Below the pieces are notes generated by a model. That model did not search any database. It saw only the letters and a list, made by a program, of their open reading frames with translations, and was not told the origin of the DNA. Made by a program: the position numbers and the translations under genes. From the human T2T-CHM13v2.0 reference genome, Homo sapiens, in the NCBI RefSeq assembly GCF_009914755.1, contig NC_060945.1: DNA of 64,000 nt; one strand, given 5' to 3'. This document shows, in pieces, positions 12,683 to 27,921 of the stretch. Positions within the stretch are counted from its first letter, which is position 1, and the number at the start of each line of letters is the position of its first letter.

Positions 12683-13869
12683 TCAGTTCCTTCCCCAAGA
12701 AGTAGAGGAAGGTCAGAAATGGAGGATGGTGGGGAAGGAATGGGGTGTGTGTTTTTCCAGAGTAGGGTGGGAGGGAAATGGCCTCTCACAGCCCACTTGT
12801 CAGAACTGCTCCCATGTCCCGATCCGACTTCAGAGGTGGGAAAACGTTGGGAGCTGGTGAGGTGGGTGGGGAAAATCACTGTCTGCCACACCTCTCGTTT
12901 CTGGCATTCAGTCCACTTTTGTGGCCATCGTTTGTTGTGCTGGTTGGCTCACTCTGCCCAATTCTTCCTTCTGGTTGCCAGTTCTCTTCATATGTCTACT
13001 CTTTTACTGCGGGTCGCTCACATCTATAAATGACGGTCTAGGTTGTACAGTCTCGGAGGTTCAAGTGGAGTCTTTTGGCAGCTGTGCAGGCCAGCATTTG
13101 CATCCCTGCAGGGGCTGCAGGGGGCCTTAACCCTCCCCGATCAGTGCCTGGTTCTCTGATCCTGGCCAAGCATATTGGTTCTCAAAGTGTTGCCTGGAGT
13201 CTGGATGTGGGAATCTGCTTCAGGCCAGGCCAGGTGATCTTGAACCCGAGGAACAGAAGTCATCACGTTTGCTCTATGTCTATCAGGAAAACAGCTCAAA
13301 GCACATTCCCTATTCATGTCGGGGCAGTAGAATCTTCCCATTTTCCCAGAGACAACGCGTAATGGCAGGCCAGAGGAAGCTCTGTGATCACCCTAGAGAG
13401 GAAAACAGCAGGCGTAAGAAAGCATTTGTCATCTCAAGGCAGAAATCACCCACTTTTTACAAGAATGTCCCACTGTGAAATCAGAATGTTCTACCATGCC
13501 ATCTGCAACAAAACTGAGGGCCCCCGCAAAGCCCACCATCCAAAAGACATGGTAGCATAAGATAAATGGCAATGATTGCAATTAACAATGGCAGTCTCTC
13601 AAGAGTGGGCATGCCTGCGGGACCCGTGTTGATATTTGGATTTGGATTTTTGCTTGTTTGTAGATTTTGGGGTCATCTTTTGTTAGTGTTGGGAGGTAGC
13701 TGTGTGTGGTGAAATCCGTGGATTTTTCCCACAGCTAGAGGAAATAGGAGGTTGAGGGCAAGATGTGCCATGGAGAGTGAAGGTGTGTGAGTCAAGGGAT
13801 GATCCTATGGTGGGATGCCTGCTTCTGAGAGTCTCTTCTGCCATATTAACAAATCACGGATGCGTTTGA

Positions 13870-14256
<387 letters not shown>

Positions 14257-14559
14257 TAATCCTCACATTCCTATCTCCTGGGACCAACTGGCTAAATGCT
14301 GGGATCTGTGTTTATTCACCTCCAATTGTCAGTTCTGTGCATGTGCTCTTAGTTTCCTTTTCCCTCTTCTCTGCATAGCTTTTTTATTCCCTTTGATACT
14401 CCAAGATTAGAATCTTTGCTAGGGCCAGGACTATATCTTTTGCATTCTCTTGTCCCAGCAACTAAGATAGGACATTTTATGTTGTGGAACTGACAAGTTT
14501 CTGAAATTTCCATCCGTGGACATGATCCACCATAAACCACAGAAGTTAAGTACTGGAAT

Positions 14560-14710
14560 GTTTACTATCGGGCAATTTGCTCATTATCTCTAAGCCTCAG
14601 TTTCTCATCTTTAGAGCAGGGATGGTAGTATCACATGGAATCATTGTGAAGTTAATTGAGAAAATGCATGTAAAGAATTTAATGCAGTGCTTGACACATA
14701 GAGACATCAC
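14560..14710 (+). mobile_element. MIR SINE
   Basis: Contains the MIR core ctctaagcctcagtttctcatct. Confidence 0.75.
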
Positions 14711-14917
14711 TCCATTATTGATATACTAACTTCCTCAAGAAATTAACAGAATGAACCAGGATCACAACAGTGAGACCATGCTGTGGCCTGGAGAGAAGGT
14801 GTGGAACTGCAGCTGTGCTGGGAGGGGCTGTGAGGAAGGAGCTGAGCAGAGAAATGTGACTTTAGCCAGGAGAAGCCAGGGAGGGATCCTGGGAAGAGAA
14901 ACCCCGACGCCTTTCCT

Positions 14918-14979
14918 TGTTGTTGCTTCCCAGTGACCAAATCCAACCCCCCTGTTGTTGCTTCCCAATGACCAAATCC
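14918..14979. repeat. Direct repeat, 2 x 27 bp (period 35)
   Basis: tgttgttgcttcccaRtgaccaaatcc at 14918-14944 and 14953-14979. Confidence 0.85.
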
Positions 14980-16518
14980 GGAGGACACTGGCCAACAAGG
15001 CAGCCCCAGATGATGGCATTCACAGGAGACAGGGTCCTGTGGCTTAGATAAGGACTGGCACATCTTCTTGAGGGGCTGTGCACACACCTTATTGTTGCCC
15101 ACGAATTCCCTGTTTTCCACGAGTCCTTGGCCTGACCAGTGCTTCCTTCTGTACAGGATTGCAGGATCCTGGGACTGGAAAGGATCCTGTGATCACTCTC
15201 CTCACCCAGTCTCTTCATACGGAGGGAAGATCAAGGTTGTCTCCTGTGTGGCTTTGGTGGCGGTCAAATGGGGTTCTTTTTATTGGTGTTGCCAGAGTCT
15301 GCTGGGGAGCAGAGCACACAGAGCATGCTCAGAACGTGGTGGTGGAAGGGATCCGCTGTTTCTCATGACTTTTAGCCTTTACAGCGGCACCATGTTTTTA
15401 CACTGAGCCACGTGTTGTCTTTCTCATTCATGGGACTGTTTCTTGCAAGTGTCTTCCTCTTAGTGTCTGTGTTTTTGGAGGGACCCTGCCCTCGAGAACA
15501 GGGGACCTGTGCTGTGCTCCTCTTGATCCCCTGGGACATTTACTATTAGGGCCGAGCACACGGGGCCAGCACATACTTTCTGAATTAAATTTCACAAGGA
15601 TTACCTGGAAAGCTGTGACGTTTTCCGAGTCCTAAAACAGAGGAGCACTGTTGGTTCCTCCCTTTTCCTTTCTAGGGGCATTGTGGCAGATGTCTGTTCC
15701 TGCACTTGCAGCTCCATGAGAGGAGAAAAGCCCCCTTCCTCCCAGCAGGGCCATTGCCACTCTGATGGGCATTACAGGGAATCCTAAAGATGGAGGATCT
15801 GTGTGCGTTCCCTCTCTGGAGGGTAGAGACCAGGCATTGCATGCCAAAGCCCATCAGGTACGAGGTAACACCCAGTCCAACCCTTGCTGGCATGAAACCA
15901 CTGTGTAAACTCTTGTCATGTCAGTCAGCTAAGGCTTACGACGTTTTCAACTGAAAAATCTTTGCTGCTTCCCTGTTGTATGCGGAAACAGCTGCCTGGG
16001 TGTTTGTCAGTCCTGCTGTGTTCTGTGTGTCCCAGTGTCCTTGATGGCTACCCCGCCCAGGGCTTCTTTCCTGGGAACACCTAGCAGGACTGCTCCCAGC
16101 TGTGGTTGCAGAGACAAAAGGAACAAAGGCCATTGATTGATTAACTTGCCACCAGGGAACCCACCTGCCGTGGTTTTTCTTGCAGCAGGATTCAGAGGTG
16201 CTAGAGAGACAATGGTTTTTCTAGAGTCAAAAGGGAATACTTGACAAGTCTTCTCTTAAGGTGTCAGTTTTAGAAGCAAGGAGACTTAATTGGTCTTAGG
16301 GTACATTGGGCAGTCCATGGTTTGGCTGCAAGGGAGCAAGTGAGCCCTTTGGGGACATTTTGAAAGAGGAAGGATTATTTACTGTTAGGGGCGGGGAGCA
16401 GGAAGCTTTCTGTGGCTGGATGTTTTCTGGAGCAAGTCAGGGTCAGGGTGTTGCCTTTTGGGTCCACTTGTCATAATGTCCTTGCCACACCGGGCCATTT
16501 CTCACTTTTATGTCTGTT

Positions 16519-17351
16519 TGATACGGAAGAGGGGAAGAGAAGTGCTGGCAAGGGAAGGGCACGGTCCCTTTAAATGATACTGAAGGGGGAAGGGCGTGGT
16601 CCCTGGTTAGGGCTCCATCCCTAGGCCTGTGCCCACGAACCTAGGTGAGGACAGGCATTTTTGTTTTCCTGCCCAAATGTTGCATTTCCCAAGACCACCC
16701 TGGCCTGCCACACCCCCATACTGTGCCTGTAAAAACCCCAAGACCCTAGCAGGCAGACACACAGGTGGCGGGACGTCGAGAGGAGCAGATCAGCGGAGGA
16801 ACACATGGGCGGCTGGACGTCAAGAGAAAAGCACAGACAGGCACTGACAGGCACCAGCAGGCTGCAGGCCACCGACTGGCAGAAGGATGCGGAGGCGGGC
16901 TAGGGCAGTCGGGGGAGAGCCCAGGCCGTTGAGCAGCCTGACTCCAGGGGAAAACCATCTCCCTCCTGGCTCCCCCATCTGCTGAGAGTTTCTTCCATTC
17001 AATAAAACCTTGCACTCATTCTCCAAGCCCACATGTGATCTGATTCTTCAGGTACAGCAAGGCAAGAACCCCGGGATACAGAAAGCCCTCTGTCCTTGAG
17101 ATAAGGCAGGGGTCTAACTGAGCTAACACAAGCTGCCTACGGATGGCTAAACTAAAAGAACACCCTGGAACACACGCCCACTGGGGCCGCAGCAGTAAAC
17201 ATTCACCCCTAGACACTGCCGTGGGGTCAGAGCCCCACAGCCTGCCCGTCTTTATGCTCCCCTAGAGGTTTGAGCAGCGGGGCATGGAAGAAGCGAGTCA
17301 CTCCCCCATCACACGCCCTGGGAGGAGGACAAGGGAATTTCTTCTGTTTCA
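16519..17351 (+). mobile_element. ERV1-class solo LTR (LTR27/LTR28/MER52 group), sense to B3GALT5
   Basis: TGATAC...TTTCA termini, perfect 4-bp TSD tgtt (typical of ERV1), AATAAA at 17001. Confidence 0.88.
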
Positions 17352-17691
17352 TGTTGACACAGAGGTGGAGTGTGTGACTAGGAGAGGGATTGTGTTTGCG
17401 AGAAGTGAGCGATAGGTGGATTGCATGCTGACTGAAGCCAGTTTCCCGTGTACAGCTCTTCAATCTTAACAGTAGATGACAAAACTGCTAATGGGACATT
17501 GGGCTGGGTGGACCTCTTTCCCACAGCCTCGCTCCCATATTACCACGAAAGGAAGGTCCACGTTAATTTCTGCCATGTAGACGGAAGCCACTTATTAAAC
17601 TAACAGAACAGGTCATACTCCATGGAGTTTGTAGGTGAGGTGCCACCTCTCTTCTTTTAGGTCACCTGACTTTGCCTAGCATGAAAGATAA

Positions 17692-18238
<547 letters not shown>

Positions 18239-18398
18239 CAGCACGCATCTGGCATTTTCTAAGTCACTGGCCCCTGCATCCTGTAGCTCTCCTAGCGGCT
18301 AATCTGAAACTATGGGATGCAGGGCTTGTTAGAGCCTCCTCTCTTCATGCACGTGAAGAGAATGTCTATAAAGGGCTAAATAACAAGCTGTCAATCAA

Positions 18399-18456
18399 TA
18401 ACTGTAAAATGTAAATGATGTAACTGTAAAATGTAAATAAATAACTGTAAAATGTA
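18399..18456. repeat. Three copies of TAACTGTAAAATGTA (period ~21-22)
   Basis: Copies start at 18399, 18421 and 18442. Confidence 0.9.
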
Positions 18457-19208
18457 CCTGGAGGGCTCATTAGCAAGCCTCTGGCGTGGACAAGGATACC
18501 TGAAGCTCCTGTAGTTGCTGCCATGGTAGAGGGTGGGGGTGGGCTTTAAAACGGTGTTATTCCCATTTGATAGATGAGGAAAGCGGAGGTCTGAGAAGGT
18601 AAATAACTCGCCTGAGCTCTCACTCTTAGTGACAGGCAGAAACAGCCTTGCAACCAGGCTGCCTGTGTTTGATTCAAACCCACTGTGGAGCACATGCTTT
18701 GAACCACCGACCATGACTCTAGGTGGTGGGCGGTGTCTTGTGGTTGATAAGCAGGGTCCCACCAGCCCTGCGCCTCCTGTCTTGGTTGGCTTGTCACCCT
18801 AGAGAGTGGCTGCGTAGGAGCCTAGTTGCATCCTTCCCTGCTCCTGAGACCCCTTTCTCCCTCATGCTCCCTGGTTCAGACCCTCTTCCCCAGGTCAACA
18901 GTTGCTCTCGCCCCATGGGTGAGAAGTCCAGCTCTTTTCAGGATCTATGTGTCTCAACATAGGAAAACACCTTAAGAGTACCTGTAAGGCAGTCAGTATT
19001 TGGGCCTATCCTTAAAAGTTCTCAGACACGTTTCGAAGGAATTAAACAATTATTTGCCCAGCCTGTACTGAACTTCAAAACTATGAGGTCTTGTAAAAAT
19101 GAATTATTTGATGATAAAGTGGATTCCATCAAGAAAGATGAAATCCATTCTATTTTTTTTTTTTTGAGAATGAAGACAGTTTTAATATTGCCTTTCCAAC
19201 CTGGATGC

Positions 19209-19505
19209 TTTTTTTGTTTGTTTTTCAAGACAGAGTCTTGCTCTGGTTGGAGTACAGTGCTATGATCATGGCTCACTGTAGCCTTGACCTCCTGGGATCA
19301 AGCGATCCTCCTGCCTCAGCCCCCTGAGTAGCTGGAACAATGGGCACATGCCACCATGCCTGGCTATTTTTTCTATTTTTTGTAGAGATGGAGTCTCACT
19401 ATGTTGCCCAGGCTGGTGTCGTCTCGAACTCCTGGGCTCAAGCGATCTACCTGCTTCAGGCTCCCAGAGTGCTGGGATTATAGGTGTGAACCACTGCACC
19501 CAGCT
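19209..19505 (-). mobile_element. AluJ element
   Basis: AluJ-type features (ctcactatgttgcccaggctgg, ctcctgggctcaagcgatc). Confidence 0.93.
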
Positions 19506-20629
19506 GCATTCTTATTTCCTTTTCTTGTGGTGTTGAATGGTGAAGACTTCCAGTATAATATAGTGGTGAGAACAGATATTTCAAGGTTGGAAGATGCCAA
19601 AAAGTAGTTTGCCATTTGTAAAGAAAGTTCGGGATATTAGCTAGAGTTATGCACTACTACAAACATGATAAATCTCACATTACTAAAAACATGAAGTTAA
19701 AATCCATAGCAGTTGTATTTTAGCTTCCGACACTACAGAACTGTGTTTATGCCTGGGATTTCCACAGTTAAACTGGTTTTATGAAAATAAGTGTCAGTGA
19801 TGTCTCTTTAAAGCATTAAAATAAATAAAAAAATTTTAAAAGCTGAAATGTGATATGAAATTGATGCCCTAAATTCTTACTCTAACTTTGTTTACTAGAA
19901 TATTAGCATTATGGAATTTAGATGAAAAAAAAGTTCTTAAAATTAAGCTAGTCTTATAGTCCATGTAATGCTTGAATTCCCTTTACCGCGTTTTTTAATA
20001 TCTTCATGGTAAATAATTAACTATTTTCTGGAATAGCTCATTCCACCTTTAGATTTTACTAATTGTTTGCATAACCATTGTTAAGTCTTCGATTGAATCT
20101 GATCTCAGTATTTTCTACCCACTGGTTCTTGTTCTAGTCTTTTCTTTCTCTGAGACATGTTTTCTAAATGTTAAGCATTATAAGTGACATTGAAAATTCT
20201 TCATATTCCATCATATAATTCTTCATATATTCTATCATATAATACATGCTCTCTTTCTCCTGGTCTCTCTCTTCTGAATGTCATTCAGGCTTATAAGTCC
20301 CTGGTAAAAGTGAGACATGTAAAACTAACTGTCCAGGAGTTTTTTTGATTCATGTTCTAAACGCTATGCTTTGATAGCCAGACTAAGAGGACTTTTGCTG
20401 TTTTGGTAGCAAATCCCACAGCTTCAAGTAGAATTAATGATCCCCATTTTACATATGAAAAGTAAAGAGGCACCAGTTCTTTACAACAGCATACCAGCTT
20501 GACTTGTCTGTCCTGTAGTACCTTGCTCCGTAACTGTTGCTTTCCGTAGGAAAATCTTCCCTATAACAGGCTACAAGCTTCAAGCTTAAATAATTAATTT
20601 CTCCTTTGGCTAGTTTTCCATCACGTCCA

Positions 20630-20970
20630 TTCATTCATCAAGTGTACATTGCACTTGGATTCATGGGCTCTGAGCTAGGCACGAGAATTATTAATTGAAG
20701 AAAGCAAAGGTCAGCTTCAGAGATGTTCATAAAATAGTGTCCTTTATATTACAGTGTAATGACTGCTATAAAGAAGCATATATAAAGTTAGTAATAAATG
20801 GTAATAAATTACTGATCTCTGCTCTGGGGAAACCGAGAGGATGGGACATTTCATTTGAAGAATGTAGGAATGGCTGAGCTGAGAAGGCATGGAAGGGCAT
20901 TGGAGACCCAGGGACCTGCATAGACAAAGCAGTTGAGGTACGGTAACTTAAGGAGTTACACACATTGAGG
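20630..20970 (-). mobile_element. L2 fragment
   Basis: Starts with cattcattcatcaa, followed by an L2-like body. Confidence 0.55.
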
Positions 20971-21214
20971 TTCCTCTTCTTATATACCTCCTATCTGGAT
21001 TTTCAAGTTTCTTTTTTGTTTGTTTGTTTTTGGATGTTTCTGTTTGCTCTGTCTCTTTCTTTGGAAAGTACTTGTAGGATCAGCTGTTTTTGAAGACGTT
21101 AGAAAATACAGACAAGAACATTTTCCTCACTTTTTAAAATGGATTAACATATGGAGGAAGTGGGATAATTTTGATTTTGTCTTAGTCAAAATAGCCTATT
21201 TTAAATATTTTGTT

Positions 21215-21527
<313 letters not shown>

Positions 21528-21711
21528 TTTTTGTAAATGTTCTTTACTAATGGGATAGACACAGTGGGGAGGGGTAGCTTGAGTCTGTTACATGAATGAA
21601 ATGGAATGAGTACTAAACTGGACTCAATGGGGCCATTGGCGAGGGCCTTGTGGAGATGCTGACGGAGATGGGCAGCATCGCAGGATTGAAAAGCCCATCA
21701 GTGCAGTTTCA

Positions 21712-21910
<199 letters not shown>

Positions 21911-22396
21911 AAAGCCTGTGTGAAAAGCCTTAGCATTAGCTCTCCTGGCAGCAACAGCTGCCTTGCCTGCCTCTGCTTTCGCAGCTGTTTTATGTAGGTG
22001 ACAGGCGGACAGGAGAACAATTGAGCTTTTTCTTCTGGTTGAATTTGCGTTTCCTCTTTCATTTGTGGGTTATTGTTTGAAAAGAAGTGTACCCACATTC
22101 TCTGCTCTGTCAGCATCTTCCTTCCCAAGTTTTGAAGCATGCCACAGATTGCTAGGAGACAGCTGAAATTTTTAAAGCTTTTTATTATGTGTGCTTAAAG
22201 AGGGGGGAGAGATGCTCCTTGATGAGGGAAAGGTGCTTAGCATTTGGCAAGAGGAGATCATGCCTTCTCTCCCTACCTTCCCGCAGCTCCTCGAGGCTGG
22301 TGTGCAGGGGGAGTATGAGTTTTGCCTGCTCCCCTCTGTGGCTTATTTTGTAGTAAAATCTTGCGTTCTTGTGGAAGTGATTGACACTGATAGTTC

Positions 22397-22981
22397 TGTC
22401 AATCAAGGAAAATGACCAAAGAAAGTCTCAATCATTTCAGGAGGTTTACTTGCTAAAGTTAAGGATGGGCGCCTGGGAGACAGGTCTATGCCTTTCTCCT
22501 AAGATGATTTTGAGGTCTTTAGTATTTACAGGGGAAAGGGCAGGATATTAAGAAATAGGCAATTTTCATGTGAGAGGTGGGTAAATAGTCATTCATGCCT
22601 TTGTCTGGCTCGGTGAATCTGCATTTGTACATAAGGTAACGTAGACAGTAGGGCAGAGGAAACAATCAGATATGCATTTGTTTCAGGTAGGCAGAGAAAC
22701 GACTTTGAGTTCTGTCCTACGTCCCCAACACCTGTGAAGATAAGGTATTTGTTTACATTACCATGTTGAACTTTAACAGAAATGCTGTAGGGTAAAAAGC
22801 TTGGGACTCACAAGGAGTTTCCTTGTGGGCAAAATATGAGGGAGGTATGTAGCTTTTCATCTTTGTCGCCATTTTATTTAGGAACCCAAATGGGAGGCAG
22901 GCTTGCATGACCCAGCTGCCAGCTTCACTCTTCCCTTTGGCTTAGTGAGTCTGGGGTCCCAAGATTTATTTTCCTCTCACA
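22397..22981 (-). mobile_element. MER4-family ERV1 solo LTR
   Basis: The reverse complement begins TGTGAGAGGAAAATAAATCTTGGGACCCC (MER4 5' end); perfect 4-bp TSD gttc. Confidence 0.9.
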
Positions 22982-23149
22982 GTTCCATTGCAAAAAGTGC
23001 GAAGTTCACAGTGATGGGAAACATAGAGAAGGTACAGCTTCAGCGGCTTACAGAACCATTGTCTGACCTTCGAAACGATGGCGTGTATCCCTAGAGAGAG
23101 TGAAGGAATGTCTTGTGTTCTTGTAATGCACAAGGAGGGAAAGGCAGCT

Positions 23150-23320
23150 AGTATTTATTAAACTCCTACTGTGTGCCATGAATGCTTTCATTTAATTCTC
23201 ACATCAACCTTCAGATTGGGCATTGTGACCTTTTAAAAATGAGAGCTTGGGTTGGGAGAGAAAAAATGATTTGCTAAGATTATCCAGGAGTGACTGGAAG
23301 ACCCCAGCACTGGCCTCCCC
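23150..23320 (-). mobile_element. MIR SINE
   Basis: Antisense MIR (atttaattctcacatcaacc...aaatgatttgctaagattat). Confidence 0.6.
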
Positions 23321-24858
23321 AGGGTCACCTGAGGCTTCTACCTCCCCACCATGCTGCACTGACTGTCTTGTGCGGATGGATGTGTGTTGACTGGCTCACC
23401 CCCCTTTCTTCTTACTCTTCTTATACTGCCAGGGGTGGGTTGTGTTGTCAGATGATTGGCCCAAATTATGATGCAGTCATAATCAAGAGCATGAGCCCCA
23501 GGGAATGGAGGCGTCAGGCATGACCTGGTTAGCAACGTGCTCCCTAAGTCATGGCTGGAAGACACCACGTATTTCTCTGCTGGCCTGTATCTACTCACCC
23601 TGCTGCTGACATCCCTATTGTGTCCAAAATCACACTTTCCTGACCGTTCCCGGAGTCTTACTTGGTAACCACAGGCAGCGGGCATATAAAGGCACAGTTG
23701 CCCTCTTCCTACCATGAGGTTTGGTCCAGGATCAGAGACAACTTTCTCAGCTGATGTTTTTGTTTTCTTTTCTCCTTTTCTGGGAATCTGACCCTCAGGT
23801 CTCGCCCTGAGTGTGCAAGCTTTTCTTTGCCTTTGGAGGGAGGCAGGAAATTCTCCTATCCTGGTGGACTCAGCCAGAGATGGCTTCTTTTTCTTAAGTT
23901 CTTCCTTATCAGAATTTTCCCAGCAGGAGGTAGGGGTTCATGATGGATGCGTTGGTTTCCTCACATCTGGAAAATAACCAGTGGGGACTGCCCCAGCAGT
24001 GGTTTGGTGTGTGTGGAGCCTCTCTGTGGCTGACACCACGTGGTGTCTCCCCATTTCACATCTGTGTGAGGTGGCTTGGACACACTGAGGTGCTGGAGAC
24101 CAGCAGCACCTCCTGGACTAGCTCCTGCCAGAGTCTCTGCTGGCTAAGAGGCAAATTGGGGGGAGTCATACTGGACTTGGAATAGAAACCTGTTGTCCCT
24201 GTTCCAGTTGGGACAACCTTTGAGAAACACCACACCCCAAGGGCAGGCAGTGGTCAAAAGGGGAGAATAATTCACTGTCAGCATCCCTGTTAGCCAAACT
24301 GTCCCGACCCGGGGCAGATCGCTTTGTTAGTATAATAGTTTTTACTCTGTTAAACAAAGGTCCCCACATTAAAACCTGTTCTCAGTGAAATGTTAGGCTC
24401 GGACACTGATCCCGCAGCCGCCCTCTGCCTCCCAGCACAGGTGGGATATCTCGGATGCATTTATTCTCTCCCCTTGCACGGTTGGAGTAAAGTGCTTATG
24501 AAAACATCTCTTTTATTGATTCTACATGCTTTTTAAAATTCCATTTTCAAGATCGAGAACAGAGAATGCGTGGTGCGACCGAAGGTCTCCTGCTGGTGTG
24601 GAAAGGTTGCAGGCTGCCTCTGCAGCTTTGCCCGGAAGCTGGTGCCCCGGACTACTGCTTCTCAACACTCCTGAGGAGTTGCCTTTGGCTGTAATCACCC
24701 ACCGGCCTCCTCTGTATGAACAGCACGGGTGAAACTCTTGATGTTACTTCTTCCTCCATTGAATAAGCCAGATTCTCTTTCTTCTGAGGGATAATTGAAG
24801 TCTTTTGCAGTGTACGTAAGCAAAATTACCTAACGCTCTTAAATTTTTCATACAACAG

Positions 24859-25089
24859 TTTCATCTGGAAGAGAGGCCATTGAAACCAAGCATTTGTGTT
24901 CAAGTAAGAAAATGTATCCAAGTCACAAAGAAACATAATTTGGCTTTTGGAGACATGAGCAGCTTCATTTCTCATTTGTTCATTCGAAAGTCTCCACTGG
25001 GCTTCTGAGTGCCACATCCTGTCCAGAATGATGAAAGATACAGAAAATGGTGCCTGCTGACCTTCTGGAGTTATTGGCTAGTAAGAAAG
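24859..25089 (+). other. B3GALT5: B3GALT5 non-coding 5'UTR exon (native-promoter transcripts)
   Basis: Acceptor tttttcatacaacAG| and donor AAG|GTGGGT. The 231-nt length matches my recollection of the annotated second exon, which I could not verify here. Confidence 0.7.
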
Positions 25090-25272
25090 GTGGGTGGTAT
25101 TCCAAGGTTTGTACCAAGAATTAATAAAATACAATCCCAATAATTAAAGTGATACAGTACAAAATGGGGTGCTGTGAGTAGTGAATAAGGAAATGAGGAT
25201 TAAAGGTAAGGAAGAGTTAGCTGAGCAGAGAGAGAAAGAGGAAAGCAAAACTGGGAAAGAGCAGGAGGGTCA

Positions 25273-25728
<456 letters not shown>

Positions 25729-25889
25729 TCAAGAACAAATTCTCAAGCCTTGTAGAGTTAAGATGGCTTCGTGTAGCACAATTAAATCTGAGCGCTGGAA
25801 ATTGCTTCCATTGCCTGTGGTTTAGGGTGCCTCATATAAATTGAAATCCAGCAGGCCAGTTTCTAGAATGATCATACTCCCTTGTTTTA

Positions 25890-26104
25890 ATTAATTAATT
25901 AAGTTTTTGGTTCTCGGGCCTCAGTCTCCTGAGTGGCTGGGATTACAGGTGTGTGCCACCATGCCCGGGGAATTTTTGTATTTTTTGTAGAGACAGGGTT
26001 TCACCTTGCTGGCCACGCTGGTCTTTAACTCCTGAGCTCAAGCGATCCACTGACTTCAGCCTCCCAAGTGCTGGGATTATGGGCGTGAGTCACCATGTCC
26101 GGCC
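25890..26104 (-). mobile_element. AluJ with internal deletion
   Basis: Antisense Alu missing most of the right arm; flanked by cccttgttt on both sides. Confidence 0.9.
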
Positions 26105-27147
26105 CCTTGTTTAAAGTCTTCCTCTTCCTTCCCCAACCCTTTGTCTGTGGTTTGCATGCTGAATTCCTATCACTGTCAAATTCTTCATGGAGACCTTACT
26201 CAAGCAGCCTAGAGTCTATGGCTTTACCATTAGGGCAACAAGCTTCCAGAATAATCTGGGAGAAGATGTTCTTTGGGAGAAAGCACTTGTCTTTGTTTTC
26301 AAGGTGTTTTATATGGGGTTAAAGATACCATCCTCCTGTTATCTCACTAGATGTAGACAGTTAAAAAGCTTTTACAAAATTTTCGGAGTTTTCTAATGTG
26401 GTTGGTTGCACAGAATAATTGGCAGCCCTATTAATGATGTTCTGATGATCCTCTTTTGCTATGGTATTAATTTGTTTAGTTTAGTTTTGGGTCAGAAGAA
26501 AGACCTCATTGCTTTGATTCTTAGCTTATTGTGTAATCAAATCTTACTTTTTAAAAAAAAGTCCATTGTAGATTGGCCTTCCTGAATCTATAGACAACAT
26601 ATTTGACACTGTGGACGAAATTGTTCAAATAAAATCATTCAGTGTTATTTGGGTTATTAATCAGAAAAGAATGCATCAGATTTAAAAGAATTGGGTTATA
26701 AAAATATTGACTGTGCTTTTGGCTGCTTAGAGATTTGGAGCTGCAAGTAAAGGTACTTAAGTTAAAAAAAAAATAGAGCTTCAGCAGGCGGTAGATTGTA
26801 GAGTGAGGGGAGGGGACAGGACAGAGCCTGAATGGGGGCCAGACCCTCCTAGCTTGTGCACCTTCTCTTTCTCACTGTCCTGAGTCTGAGTCCCAAGGCC
26901 AGGTGAGGTCGTCTTCTCTATGTTTAGGAGAGAATAAGAGTCTAGGGGGTTAAGTGATGCTTCCTAGCATGAAGCACAGTGGATAGGTTGGAAGAGAGCA
27001 GCACTTCCCTCTGGTTGTGCATTCTGGGGGACAAGTTTGGCCCTCCATGCAGTTGAGGGAAATCTGAGGAGACCCCCATGGCCACTCCCCATGACCAGTG
27101 CCATGCTGTATACAGCAGGTGCTCAATAAATGCTGGGAGATGATCTT

Positions 27148-27508
27148 TGCTATGGACTGAATTGTGTCTCCTTACAATTCCTGTGTTGAAGGCCTCACCC
27201 CCAAAGGGATGGTGATTGGAGAGGAGGACATTGGGAGCTGAGTAGGTTCAGTGAGGTCCCGAGGGTGGAGCGCTCGTGATGAGATGAGCGTCCCTGTAGA
27301 AAGAGGCACCAGGGCTGTCTCTGCCGTTGTGGGGACACAACAGGAAGCCGACCATCTGCAAGCCAGGAGGAGGCCCTCGCCAGAACCCGGCTGTGCTGGG
27401 ACCCTGATCTTAGACTCCTGTCTCCAGTACCATGAGAAAAGACATTTCTGATCTTTAAGCCACCCAGTGTGTGGCATTTTGTCGTGGCTGCCCGAGGTGA
27501 CTAAGACA
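27148..27508 (+). mobile_element. MaLR solo LTR (MLT1A/B-like)
   Basis: tgctatggactgaattgtgtc...gactaagaca; TSD atctt/atcct. Confidence 0.9.
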
Positions 27509-27921
27509 ATCCTTAAAATGCCTTCCAGCTCTAAATTCATCAGTCCTGAGACCAGTGATCATGTGTACAAATCCCTGTGGCTTTTCTCCCCAGTCACTTG
27601 ATTGATTGGAGGCTTCTCTGTTGTATTGATGAATGGGACAGAGAGGCCCTGCTGGACTCTAGACTCATGGGCCCGTAAAACCCTGAGAAGGACCATGGGC
27701 CCCCTGATGTGCTTGGCCAGAGCCCAGACTGCTCATTTGCTCCTCTAGGCCATTCTGAGCTGCCCTGCCTGCCTCCAGCCTCCTTTCTCAGCTTTCCCTC
27801 TGCACACCGTGCTGTTTCTGGAACCCACAGGCCCTTCCGGATTCCCTGCCTCTGCCTGCCAGCCTCCCTGGCCAGGTCTCCCTGAATATCCACAGGCAGG
27901 ACCTCTGTTCTCTCCCCTGCC

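Noticed and set aside
20196-20243. Short tandem duplications (also at 7461-7482, ~42015, ~54068, ~60793)
   Set aside because: Two-copy slippage products with no motif or spacer structure; not CRISPR-like or otherwise functional on the evidence here.
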